From: Phoronis australis
Taxonomy: Eukaryota; Animalia; Phoronida
Direction: 5' to 3'
Length of the DNA stretch: 64,000 nt
NCBI GenBank assembly: GCA_002633005.1
Contig: NMRA01000443.1
Coordinates: 304,105 to 368,104 of the forward strand
In this document: positions 52,401 to 64,000 of the stretch, one piece after another
Numbering within the stretch: the stretch's first letter is position 1
Layout of the letters: every line of letters starts with the position of its first letter
The notes under the pieces: generated by a model
What the model was told of the DNA's origin: nothing
Seen by the model: the letters and a program-made list of their open reading frames with translations, nothing else
Databases searched by the model: none
Position numbers and translations under genes: made by a program

Positions 52401-53990
52401 GTGACTTGTAACTGTTGGTGAGTGGGAGAGTGGGATTGAGCCCTATACTGGCATGTCAAAGAAATAATGGAATGTTCTAAAATTGTATTACGATTTTGTG
52501 GTAGTGATGAATTGCCTTGCTTTCTTCTTCTCACTTGTGTAACACCCACTGCAAAAAACAATTGTCTGCATTGCCAGTAGCCTCATGCATTGAATAGGGA
52601 ACACATGCGAAATTGTTGGGTGGAGATGAAACCAGCAGTGAGCTAGGAGCAATATGTTTGTCAATGGTCAGGGGAGCAACCAAAATGTGTGATGATGGGA
52701 GGGGCTCAACACCCATGTGGCATACATACCCATTGGTTTTTACCTGTTTAGCACTCCTCCCATGTAACCCCCCTGGGAGGGGGTCAACACCCATTTGGCG
52801 CCCACCTGCCGGTTTTTGCCTGGTACCCCCTTAGCTGGCACTAGGGGGGAATTCCCCCTCTGAACCCCCAGGAGCAATCATTCAAATTATGTAGTCCATG
52901 GAGGTACATGTATGAACTGTTATAAGGAACGATAATTGCTTTGTTAAGAACTCAAACATGAAACAAAACCATGATGAATTTTGAAGGGAGCTTCAAGAGA
53001 ATAAAAACAAATACACTTTAATATTGATTAAAATACACATTTTCTTTCTCAATCTATTGTAAGTGGATGTTAGTTTATGTATTCTAACCATTTTCAATCA
53101 CACAGTAATTTTATTGCACGTTGAATGTCATTAAAGTATGAATTTATGAGCGTTTACATTGTTCGGACTGCGTGCCAAACTAAGTGTTGATTATTCACCG
53201 CTTGGAGCGCTAGTGTTTCGACCAGTAACCATTGCGGCGAATGGTAAAATGGCGGAGTGAACTCTCCTACACTCGTACACTCCTTGATACTACTATTAGT
53301 CAATAGGGGTACTCGGTCAGCTGCCGAAATAATGAAGCAAAAACACATCTTGTAAAAAGTCATCAGCAAATGAAAAGTTCAAAAAATAAGTTTTTGACCA
53401 CGTAGAACATGGACAAAATGTTCGACTTGCACTAATGACAAGTTGATTTTTTGGGCGCTTCCATTTTGGTGTCAGGAGAGATGAGGAGGATTAAAAACAT
53501 GCGTTTTACCAAGACGGGAACAGCGAAACAAATTGGCTTGTCACAATTGACCATGTCTTTTCTTATTTCAGTGCTCAGGGTGGTTATGCTTCGTGTACTG
53601 TCACGGGGAATCACAGACTCAAGATTGGCCACGGACATGATATCCCTGTCAAGTACCGCTTTGCTGGTTCTTCTACAGCAAATGAAATACACTCGACAAG
53701 CGCTGTCTCAGTGATCAATGCGCGTGAGCCAAAGGAAACAATTGTGTCTCCTTCAGTAAAGGGCATGAGGATTCGGGTATTTTACCGCCATAGTAAGGCA
53801 AGGTCCCGGTTCCGCTAAACTTGATTGATTGTCACAGAAAGGTAATCGAGTTGCGCACGTTTTGTGCGACGAACGTTCGCAGAAAAATTCATTGACATGT
53901 CCTGTCGGACAAGCTGCTCGGCCGTGAGCTTGTCCGGACCAACAAATTGGTTGTCCCGAGCAGTCGGACTACCGTTAATATCGAGCCCTG
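49409..53990. mobile_element. Non-autonomous hAT-like element with 5-bp TSD (ataaa), hAT5-like
   Basis: TIR cagggctcgacattaac / gttaatatcgagccctg; subterminal ttgtcc/ggacaag repeats; removing it restores the Gypsy frame YDFDLVY-VGKNEVPLADALSR. Confidence 0.8.
50591..53286 (+). mobile_element. P-element-like non-autonomous transposon with spliced THAP remnant (exons 50700-50797 and 51488-about 51660)
   Basis: 30-bp TIR caaggagtgta..taggagagttca (26/30 identical); 7-bp TSD atactac; MGKDAFCSAIN..VSFFRFSKDPER|CKRW..RKLCSHHFEESMF..TIFDVPNPP. Confidence 0.8.
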
Positions 53991-54383
53991 ATAAACTAAG
54001 TCGAAGTCATACTTCTGGGTCCTTAGCAGCATACGGGCAAGACAAGGCGATGCACTTGAGATATGCTCCTTCGTAATGGATTCTTGCGGCTTATGGTCAG
54101 AGTTCACTTGGACATGCCTGTCATTCATACACATAATGGTGGAAGGCTTCCAGACCAAACACAACCGCCAGATATCTCTCAATATTGGAATAACGTGATT
54201 CGGTTTCCTTTAACAATTTGCTTCTACACTGGATTGGTCCACTTTCTTGGAGCAGTGCAGCTCCTAGACCCTTGGATGAGGCGTCGACCTGTACTACTAA
54301 TGGTTTCGAGTTTTCATAGTACTGCAGTGTTTCTGGATTGGTAATTAGGGCTTTGACTTGATCTACCGCCTTCTGGTGCTCTT

Positions 54384-54663
54384 GGCCAGTTGCACGAAAC
54401 AGTCCCAAACAGGGACTCAACTGAGTTCATTGAAAATAAGTAGGAACTCAGTCCTTAAATTGGGAGTGTTGCATGAAAAGATCCCTAATTATTTTCGATA
54501 ATATTGACAATTCAACGTAGAGCTCACACTCGATTTGTATCAAAGTAATGAAACTAAAACAACACAAGAAAGGACAATCGATGTTTTCTCAAGTTCAAAA
54601 ATACACAGTAGATTTAGAGATCTTAGTTGAATCCCTATTTGGGACTGTTTCATGCAACCGGGC
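54384..54663. mobile_element. MITE (possibly PIF/Harbinger-like) inserted in the Gypsy pol
   Basis: ~39-bp TIR ggccagttgcacgaaacagtcccaaacagggactcaact / agttgaatccctatttgggactgtttcatgcaaccgggc; TSD ambiguous. Confidence 0.75.
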
Positions 54664-55099
54664 ACAGGTCCCCAGATGAACTCTGTCTTCTTTATTTAAA
54701 TGTAACAATAAATTGTTTTGGAAAGGTACTGGCAATTGTTTCCGTGGGATAGGCTAATGCATTTTTGCTTAACGAATGCGCCGAGGTGCACCGTTGGCAG
54801 GGCCCTTTTTGTGTGCCCACACGTACACATGTACATATAATGTATATGCTATATGCATATATATATTTATTTACCTATCCGTTTGTCCGCTCGATATCTC
54901 AAAAACCCATGGTCGGATTTTGATGAAATTTGGCACTGGGTGAAGTGCATCACTACAACGGTTCATGCCAATTTTCAAGGAAACGTGAAACCGAATGCTG
55001 TGTGACATTTAAAATGCGCCGGCACGATTAAATTTTCAGACGGACTCGACCACCGCAGCACTACCTAGTGGCCATTTTGTTCTCGACCAGGGACTTTAA

Positions 55100-55759
55100 G
55101 GAGGCACAGAACAGTTCTCACTGGGTTTTGCCTAGCAAAACACACATCACTTGATTTGTAACCTTTTCTTCACTCTGTCAAAAACAGGATGCAAAGAATG
55201 GCATGTTTTCAATTATTTCACATAAAAAGCCCAGCAGATGAGCACAGAAACTTTATTCTTTCTTGTATTTTTGACCATTTCATTCCCACTGAAAACCAAG
55301 CTAGACTAAGAAAAATAAGGGCAAAAAAATGCAAAATCGGCACTTTTCACCCGAAAAACACCACTTCCCTGCCGATGCACGACTAAAACCAACATTAGAG
55401 TCTGAAAGCAAATTTCCTACCGATTCCGAAAATGTGGTCCAAAAGTACTGTCAACCAACTAGTTTTTTGGCAATTCTTGCATGTTTGAGGGCTACCTAAA
55501 ATCACAGCCAATTTCTCGGTCGCTACCCAACAATGCACAATTGCAGCCGGGGGCCGCCATCTTGAAGAAGAGTGCAGCTACAGCCAAGAAAGTGGCCTTT
55601 TTTATTCACAGCATGTTCACAAATACAAACAAACCACATTCACTGAGCCTACGTGCAATGCCCACCTACAAAATGCCCCCAAACTTGGCCTACCCCAAAA
55701 TTTCTATATTTTGGCAGTGCAAATTGGCCGCGGCCGCAGCCTAACTATTCAGTGCCACC
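55100..55759. mobile_element. Non-autonomous DNA transposon (Kolobok-like) inserted at a TTAA site; absent from copy 1
   Basis: ttaa|ggaggcac ... gtgccacc|taa; site at 28118 has no such insert. Confidence 0.7.
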
Positions 55760-56947
55760 TAAGGTTATCTCCAAACTTATTCACAAAAATTGGCCATTTT
55801 TACAATATTTTCACTTGCAAAATACCTTATCTTCATTCTCGGGGAACTTCATCTACAAAATATAAACCGCATAGCGAGAAAAAAAATAGCAAAGCCTTGG
55901 CGCACAACCGCGTGGATATTTGTTTACTACTTATCAAAGGTTAAAGGGCTTTCAATTAAATGGAATCTCCCGCAAGGTACAGAACAGCTTCGTATACCCT
56001 CAGTCCTTTCATTCACAAAGTCGCCATAACATTTAGCCAACGTGGTGTACTTATGATAGAATGGTGCCGGGGAAAACGAATACAAAACGTAGTTTTGATC
56101 CTAAGGGAGTTGTGCGTCTACATGTATACGACCGTTGGCGTTGAAAACGTTTGCTATCAGTCACCTCAGGCCTCTGTGGTCATGACCACAGAAAATTGTG
56201 AAAAGAGATAAATCCTCGCCTTAATTCCTTAATACAATTGACATTTCGATGTTTCGATCTCATGCTAATGACGTACTTTAACCCCCGATTCGACTTATGT
56301 GATCCATTTCTTACTTGGTTTCGTATCAGTCTCCCAGCACTTGACGTGTACAGGCTATGAACTATGACCTACTTAGAAGGTAGGGCATAAACAACAGTAA
56401 ACGTTGGCTGAGTGAGAACAATACGTCTATTTGAGATTTAATGATAATTAGGTTAGTTACGCACTGCAAAATCAGTTGACATTGCGAGTGAACGTTGAAA
56501 TAGCTAACATAGTTAAGGATTGTATAGGTTATGTGTACCAAAAACAAGTTTTCACCGAATAATTAACCGAAGCCTGGACCTTGAGATTTTCACTTGTCTC
56601 AATTTAATCGGCTTTTTCTCGGCTTCGGCAAATCGACTTTATTTGAACTTAGGAACACTAGTTCTCAAAAACGGATGGATGGATGTCGCTGAAACTTTCC
56701 AAACTTAATATTTAGTCATCAAAAACGCTGTTAGGATTTTTGATATAAAGGCCTAGTTTTTGCGTAATGTGACAAAGACGAATAAGACTTCAATTTTTTA
56801 CAATGAAAATACCTTACGTTTTGCGAGTTGATTTGTCATAGAAACCAAACGAACAGTCTAATCGAAAATTCCTATCAGCGTTTTTGAGGTAACTGATGAA
56901 GTTTTCATTTAAAAAAAGTTTCATTCAAAACGACCGAGGGTTATTTT

Positions 56948-59900
56948 TTATGTATTTATTATCATTTACAAAACAATTACAAAAACAAACAAACAAATAA
57001 GTACACCATTCATTCACGCATGCGCACCTCAGGAAGACCATTGTCATATCTCATTTAAAGTAAACATCTTCTACATGAAGTTAACATGAACAATAAATTT
57101 TTCCCATTTTGCAGAGAAGCTGTCATGTACAAAGTTTTTATGTGCATTTAATTTTTCAGCATTATAGTATTCATAAGTTTTTGTAACGAACTTAAGAAAA
57201 TTGGGTATATTTTTGTGACATCTCTCTTTGTAAATGTACTGTTTAGCTAGTAGAAGCAAAATGTTAAATAGAAAATCATGCTTCTTGTAAAGTCCAAGAA
57301 TAACAATATCGTAAGACAGACAGTTGGGAAGCTGAATGCCACACTTTTCACTTTGAAGTAGCTTTCCGAATTCCTTCCAGAAATCTTGTACAAAGCAATC
57401 CAGGTTTGTTAGCTGCCTGGGCATAAAACATTAAATCATATAGCACTCGGATATTGTCGTTCATATTTCTTCCAGAAACGAAACCTGTCTGGTCCTTACT
57501 GATTACTTTTCCGAAAACGGATTTTAACCGTTCAGCTACTGCCGCAGAAGCCAATTTATATGTCACATTGAGCTAGGATATGGGTTTTTCAAATAATGTT
57601 TACTTTTATCTGCTTCCTTAGGGATGCAGGTGATCACTCCCTTTTTCTGTGTTGAGGATAACTGGCCAACAGCAAAACCTGTATTAAGTGAGCGAACAAC
57701 GAAATGTCCAATGTCAGCCCAAAAAAAATTTAAAAAATTCCACTGAAAAACCATCAGAGCCTGGGCTTTTGTTGTTTTTCATTTTTTTCAAGCATTGTGT
57801 GACTTCTTCATATGTAAGGAGACCTTCTAATTTTTCTTTTTCTGTCTCATTCAGCTTGGAGACACAAACATTATCAAGAAGAGTTTTTAAAGAAGTATTG
57901 TTAGTCTGTCTATATTTGTATAGATTTTCATAAAAAGTTTTGGTTTCCTGAATAACCTCTTCTTCACTATTGGTTTTAGTATTGTCAGATTTCCACAAAA
58001 AAGGCATAAAATTACTTGTGTAATGCCTATTTTCCAATTGAAGAAAATATTTGGAAGGCTTTTCACCTTCTTCAATCCATCTTGCTCTCGACCTAGTCAT
58101 AAGACCTCTTAACTTATTTTGCCTTAGCTCGGCAAGTAAATTATTTTTTTGTTCCAGTAGTTCCCTGTCAAGGCTTAGACTTCTTTCCAACAAGCTTATT
58201 TCTTTTGATAAGTTGCTGTTCAACTCTATCACTTTTTCTTTTTAAGTAAGTAGCAAAGGAAATTGTTTTGCCGCGAATCTCCATCAACAACGTTTCAAGA
58301 AAAAGTTGATAATTTATAGACAATTGTAAATCTGAATTACATGTACTTGTACTATCAAGTCTGAATGTCGTCAGTCATATACTGTTGTTTAACTAATTTA
58401 ATAATATTCTTGACTGCAGCAATATACTCAGAGTTCTTTAGGAGAGAATTATTAAACTTCCAAAATGATTTTCTCCTCCTGGAAACATCACTTTTAAAAA
58501 AACCGTTACCATTGAATGATCGGAACGGTAACCGAATTCTATTATGGAGTCGTCAATATCAGCTAAAAGGTTTTCAGAAATTAGAAAAAAAGTCTAGTCT
58601 GGATCGTTTACTTCCAGCTCTCTAAGTATATTCTTTACTACTGGGGTTTAGTTCCCGCCACACATCAACAATAGACAATTCTGTACAAATCTCCATCTAT
58701 TTAATCCGTGACTTTGGGTTATTAGCCTGTCGATAATTAAGCGTGTCCTTAGACTGATCGAGAGCAAGATTAAAATCGCCTGCCCAAATAACAGAGTAAT
58801 TTCCTATATCTCGAATATCTTGTTTTATTCTTTCAAAAAAAGACGACGAGTCCATATTTGGACAATACGTATTAATTAACGTAATTCTTGTCTCAGTAAT
58901 AGTAATATCCAAAATTAATTTATTACCATTGTAGTCTTGCCTAATGTTACGCAATTTATACTCAAAAGTGTTCTTAAAGAGGATCGCCACTCCACTGGAG
59001 TTTGAGGAATTTGAATTGAAAAAACATTCATATCCCCACATTGATCTAATATTGTTTTCTTCTCTCTTAGTAAAGTGTGTGTCCTGTAGGCAATAGATGG
59101 AGTATTGTTTTTCTCCTAAATAATTGAGTACATCTTTTCGTTTTTCATGGAGACCCAGCCCTCTGCAGTTCAATGACGTTACTTTAAGTTCACCTGTCAT
59201 CATTACAACGGTTATGCACATATATCAAATGACAATCAAATATTAATGGTACAATCCTGACCCATTCACACCACATACACACAAAACAAAACAAAAACAA
59301 TACAAACACATCCACGAGCACATCATAGATTTCACAGAGTACAACATCGATGTGAAATATAATGTAACATAGGATAGAAAAACTGATCCTCATGGTAAGG
59401 CTTATTCTCCCAGTATTTTTCATAATGAGACTATAATAATAAGCATTGCCCACACGGTCTCATACAAAAACAAGTAGAACGAAATTTAAGGATAACTACA
59501 TTTCAGTAAAGTGATTTGGCTCTATAGAATGCGTTTGAGACTTGTCGGGACGCCCGCACAGAGCAAGCAGATCACACACATAAAATAATAAGGTTGCCCG
59601 CATTCTGTGGCTACACGCAATACAAAGCCCTCTCATAAATAGCCTCCCAGATAGATTGCCCAGCTTGAAGCTATATGACGCTTAGACCAAAATAGAACAA
59701 AATAGAACACAGCTACAACAATAAGACTACGCGACACGGTTGTCACGAACTTTGGCATAGCCTGAGTAGCAGGTATATGTTAGGTGTGAAAACGATACGT
59801 TGGGCACAACGGCTAACGTGAAGAAAAAAATAGGCTATTCATATACACAGTAATGGCTACCGGAAGTACGGGGAAGTACGTTTGTACTGAGGTCTCTCTA

Positions 59901-61127
59901 CAGGGTCCCAAGTACCTGACAATTATGGTACGCTACACTTGTAGTTTGGCAATTGCACATGGAGTACAGAAGCAGTTAAAGGTTAAATGGATAATGCGAA
60001 GCATTGGAATTACCGTGTAACTCAATCAACTTTACGGAAAAAGGAAATTCAGCCATCTTTCATGCAGACTATAGTACAAAGTGAGTAATCTCACCAAAAG
60101 CTGAATACAAGACGTTGGAAACTATTGCACTACTGTATTATGTTCTTGCTTGCGTGTATAATGTTGATCTGAGAATTAGATGCCCTGTAAATCTTCCATG
60201 CTGCTCACCGGTTTAATTTCATTGGCCCAGTTCTTGTAATAAATTCTTCCATCATATGTCCAGCAACTCTGAATCCGGGCGCCCAGGTCTCTACAAGCCT
60301 TGTACAACTGTGCTCGTTTTTTGGTCAGATTCTCGTTAACGTAGATCTTGCCAGCTTCAGTTTTCAATTTCTTTTTATTTCTCATGAATTCGGCTCTTGC
60401 ATTGTAATTCGTAAATTTCACTATAATTGACCTCGTCTTGGCATTACCTTGGATTTTTTTACCTAGGCGGTGACTGCGACATATGTCAGACTTCTCAACG
60501 GTAGCACCAATTCTTTTAGCTAGACCAATAACAATGTCGTCTGTGCACTCCTTGTCGCTTTCTTTTATTCCGCTGATTACAACGCAGTTTCGGCGGCTAT
60601 ACTGTTCAAGCTCATCCAAATCAGATTCCAACCTGTGTATCTGAGAGCCACTTTCTTGCTTCAGCTTGTCGAGTTGATTTTCAAGTGTTGTTATTTTTTT
60701 ATCCTTTTCAGCCATTTTTTGATCGTATTGAAGCTCTAGTGCTTTGTACATTTCAGACAAGCCAGCGTCAATTAAGGGCTTTATCATGTTTGTAAACAGT
60801 GACTGGATATCTGAGTCCATGAGTGCCTCCTTTAGTTCATCTTTCAATGACCGAGTCTTCTTGGTGACATTTTGTCCCTTTCCTGTCAATATGGCGTCCA
60901 TTGTCGGTTGCTTCAGAGGTTTTTTTGACGTCGAAGCTCGGAGTTCACTAGAGTTTCGGCTTGGTGTTCTTTTTCTGCCACTTGTCGGGGTCTGGTCGTT
61001 ATTCCTAATCATGTGAGATGAATTACTGTCGGTTCTGTCTTCAAACTAAATTAATTTCGTTATTGTTAGATGGGAGAGTCGCACAAGTCAGAAAACCAAC
61101 CTTCCCGCCATGAGGGTCACGTGTTCT
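56948..61127 (-). mobile_element. L1/Tx1-clade LINE, both termini present, ORF2 disrupted and RT core deleted
   Basis: TSD ccgaggg(g)ttatttt at 56934-56947 and 61128-61142; AATAAA and short A tail; endonuclease SLNCRGL..CLQDTH..SSGVAIL..WAGDFN; RSRARWIEEGEKPSKYF, KSPGSDGFSVEFFK, DQTGFVSGRN. Confidence 0.93.
60176..61012 (-). CDS. LINE ORF1 protein (coiled coil plus RRM-type domain), intact 278 aa
   Basis: LDELEQYSRRNCVVISGIKE, DICRSHRLGK, RSIIVKF, IYVNENLT, CWTYDGRIY. Confidence 0.88.
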   Translation of the reverse strand: MIRNNDQTPTSGRKRTPSRNSSELRASTSKKPLKQPTMDAILTGKGQNVTKKTRSLKDELKEALMDSDIQSLFTNMIKPLIDAGLSEMYKALELQYDQKMAEKDKKITTLENQLDKLKQESGSQIHRLESDLDELEQYSRRNCVVISGIKESDKECTDDIVIGLAKRIGATVEKSDICRSHRLGKKIQGNAKTRSIIVKFTNYNARAEFMRNKKKLKTEAGKIYVNENLTKKRAQLYKACRDLGARIQSCWTYDGRIYYKNWANEIKPVSSMEDLQGI

Positions 61128-64000
61128 CCGAGGGGTTATTTTGCTATGAGTGTACCTTTCTTAAAAATGAAATTTTGACTTAAAAAGGTTTTTACCTAAA
61201 AATAATAATGACACATCAATACAAAAAGTATATTAAATATTTCCTGGTCTTTGTTCTCAGAAAATATATACTTTTACTAGTTGACAAAGCTTAGTTTTTT
61301 GATGTAGGCTACGAGTTAGCCTGAATGGAGGCCACTAGATAAGGTTGGAGATAACCTTACATGTTTTTGGGGGGCAGAGCGTTTCCGGATGATATCTAAA
61401 GATCTGATGGGCGCATTTCAATGAAACTTGGAACAGAAGCGCGGGCACCGTTTGATTTTCAGGCGGATTCGACTATTGCAGCGCCTCTTAGTGGTCATTT
61501 TGTATGAGAGCGTTTCTGGTAGAGAACAGATAGGTGGATTTCAATGTAAGTTGACACAGATACGTGATGTCACTGCGCTAGCACCATTAAATTTTTGGGC
61601 GGATTTGACCACTGTAGCAGGTGTTGTTTTGGGCGAAGAATGTTTTCGGATGATATAGAGACGGGTTTTCCGAAACTTGACTGGGAGGTATGCGATACAG
61701 GGACGGATCCAGAATTTTGAGTTAGGGGGGCCAGGGCACAGGAATAACCAGAATTTCGGCAGATGCGCGCGCCCAGATTAAATGTAGGGTTGCAGTGGTC
61801 TCGAATTTTTGAGTTAGCGGACCTTTTAACAAAAAAACACGGTATACGGTGTTTTTTCAGGGCCTATGCATTGTTTATTCACCCCCCGAGCCCCCTGGTT
61901 TCGCGCATGCGCTAGTCAGCAATTCGCACCCTAACTGCCAAATGGTATCTTTTAGAATTTTGGGGGGTGGCCCCATTGCCCCCCACCCCCCTCTAAATCC
62001 GCCACTGCGATGACCACGCTCCGGCATCATTTGATTTCCGAGCTCATTCGACTACTGTAGCACCTCATAGCGGCTCTTAGAAACATATCGTTTGCGATAC
62101 ACGTAGCGCGTGTCAAGGCCTCAACGCTGCTCTTGGTATAGAAAGTATCACTTGGATTATTTGCCCATATAGCCCAAAATATTTGGACTCTAAAAATCCT
62201 TCCTCCGTGCCAGAAGCTTTCATTGACCACTTGCTCCTGTACTGTTGCATTTCGCAGACGCAAAAATATCGCGAAGGAACTAAGTGTCATGAGCTTCTGT
62301 TGTAGTGCATAGCGATATTTTGCGCCCTTGCATAACCTTACTTTTCGTGACTGAGAGCCCATGGGCATGGGCGGCGTGCCATAGGGGCCTGAGGGGCTTT
62401 AGCCCTCCCTTTTTTCAGTGCTGCGCAGCTAATGGCCCATGGGTCTATGGAACACAGGAATAGCTCGGCTCAACCCGCCCCTCTCTTTATTTAGGTGTGA
62501 TTCTTGGGATGAGCTGTCACATAGTGGGCGCAATATCGTAAAACGTGGAAAATGAACAAGAATCGGATTTCGGATTTTGTCTTACTCGGCAATCACATAT
62601 TCAGGGGAGCCGTTACCACTGATATGCGTAAATGTACACGTGCCTCGCTGACAAATATGAAAAGAGCAAACATAAAGTTATTGTTTTAATTTGTTTTTTT
62701 TTCAATTTGTTTTTTTTTTCAATTTGTTTTGTCAATGCCTAGTAACTCAAGCACTTCTTTTATTCAAACTGTCGTGGGAACGGTGCCGTGGCCCTATAGA
62801 AGTTTTTCGAATAAGACTATTTACATGAACTGAAGAGCTTCCGATATTAACTCAACCAGAAAAACTCCCACAAAGGATGTAACAACAGCCACGCTCATCT
62901 ACTTAAAATGTGTCGGATTTTGTAAGAATCTCCTTTCATTGTTGGCTTTCTCTCGAATGAGTAACGCATGCGCACTGGAAAAATACCAAATAGTGTGATG
63001 TCAGCCGCTTCTTAAAGGGGCTACCTTACGCCTTTTCAAAATTCACCAGATTCTTTGGGGTATAAGATAATTCAGATGAGCGCCTTATCCATAAGAAAAG
63101 AAACCCCAGTTAAAACCCCAGGCGTTGTGGCAAGCTATTAAAATTGCAACCTGCCAAATACAGTAAGGAAATTTGCTCTTTACTCAGATAAGAACTGATT
63201 TTTGGTCTTGCAAGGAAGACTGTTTGATATTCCTCGAGACTCTGACCATGACATGCCGCGACGACTAAACTTGTAGAAGCTGCGAATAAAGTGCCAGTGA
63301 TTTATAAGTTTTGCTTATTTTAAATAATAATAATAATAATCTCTTGTCAATCAGTGCCAATGGCGCACAGCCTCTCTAGCGTCATACCAGCAACAAACTT
63401 GATGGAAAAGATTTCCAAGGTTACATGTTAGGATACTATTCCGAAGGTTCACTACTCCTAAAGTCTACTACTCCGAAATTAATGCGATGGTTCGCTACCT
63501 TCGAAAGTTCACTACTTCGAATTTCCATAATTCTGAAACCAGAACTCTGGCAGTTAATTACTCCGATTGTCAGCTAAGGAGTCGGAACTGGCATGAAAAA
63601 AGTATTGTATTTGAGCCCATTTAGTAACTATTTAAAGGGTGTACAAAAGTTGAATAGTTCTTAAACATCGATTACATTGTTTACAATGGCGCTCAGTTCC
63701 AATCACTGCCAATCGTGTATCTTCAATCTAGCTAAGGACTCATTTAGTTTCAAAAGTCTAGCAGGGACAATATGGGGTCAGAACTTCAGCTACCAATGGC
63801 GGCGGTTTTAAATTTAAGAAGACTGAATGGGACTCTCCGACTTCGTGAAGACTGGCAAGGACAGGCTAGCCTACTAACTACATTTCGTTTCGATCCGGCC
63901 ATGCGCGTGGTTCCGATGGGTGAGTTTGAGGGGCAGAGGCCCTAAACCATTGGCGGATTTAGGGGGGGGGCAGGTGGCCCGCCCCCCCCCCCCCTCCCCC

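Larger units (their letters stand above)
46480..54690 (-). mobile_element. Degraded Ty3/Gypsy LTR retrotransposon (RT-connection, RNase H, integrase, PPT, 3' LTR 46480-46642), 5' part missing, hosting nested insertions
   Basis: Minus strand: VVQVDASSKGLGAALLQ, ESRYSNIER, PLADALSR, HYAHQGI..VFWDGINKDI..CASCQ, SDNGPQFSS, RVVRKPQRMDL* (stop 48089); PPT AAAAGAGGGAGA then TGTAA...ACAACA. Confidence 0.88.
54687..63328 (+). repeat. Local duplication, copy 2, expanded by two insertions
   Basis: Colinear with 27707-31746 once 55100-55759 and 56948-61127 are removed. Confidence 0.92.

Overview
AT-rich eukaryotic DNA, most likely from a marine invertebrate (inferred from the TE repertoire; the species cannot be named), with single-N scaffold joins at 1105, 6348, 22552 and 37230. 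There are two host genes, arranged tail-to-tail. The first is a five-exon TBC1D25/OATL1-like Rab-GAP on + (6775-26553, 739 aa by hand-splicing, phases consistent). The second is an intronless RING/B-box/B-box/coiled-coil/NHL-like TRIM gene on - (34241-32275), broken by one apparent 1-nt deletion. The rest is mostly transposons. Several Kolobok-type elements (TTAA TSD, THAP) are present, one built from two copies of its left end and one family with antisense-overlapping THAP and KolX-like frames. A Gypsy element hosts a nested stack: Kolobok, a 5-bp-TSD hAT-like element containing a P-like element, and a MITE. An L1/Tx1 has both ends intact but lacks its RT core. There are also LINE and Academ-like remnants, HINE-like repeats carrying CTCF-like motifs, and a local duplication (27.7-31.7 kb vs 54.7-63.3 kb) that shows empty and filled insertion sites. 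No CRISPR array, rRNA or tRNA was seen. All calls come from manual reading; no searches were run.
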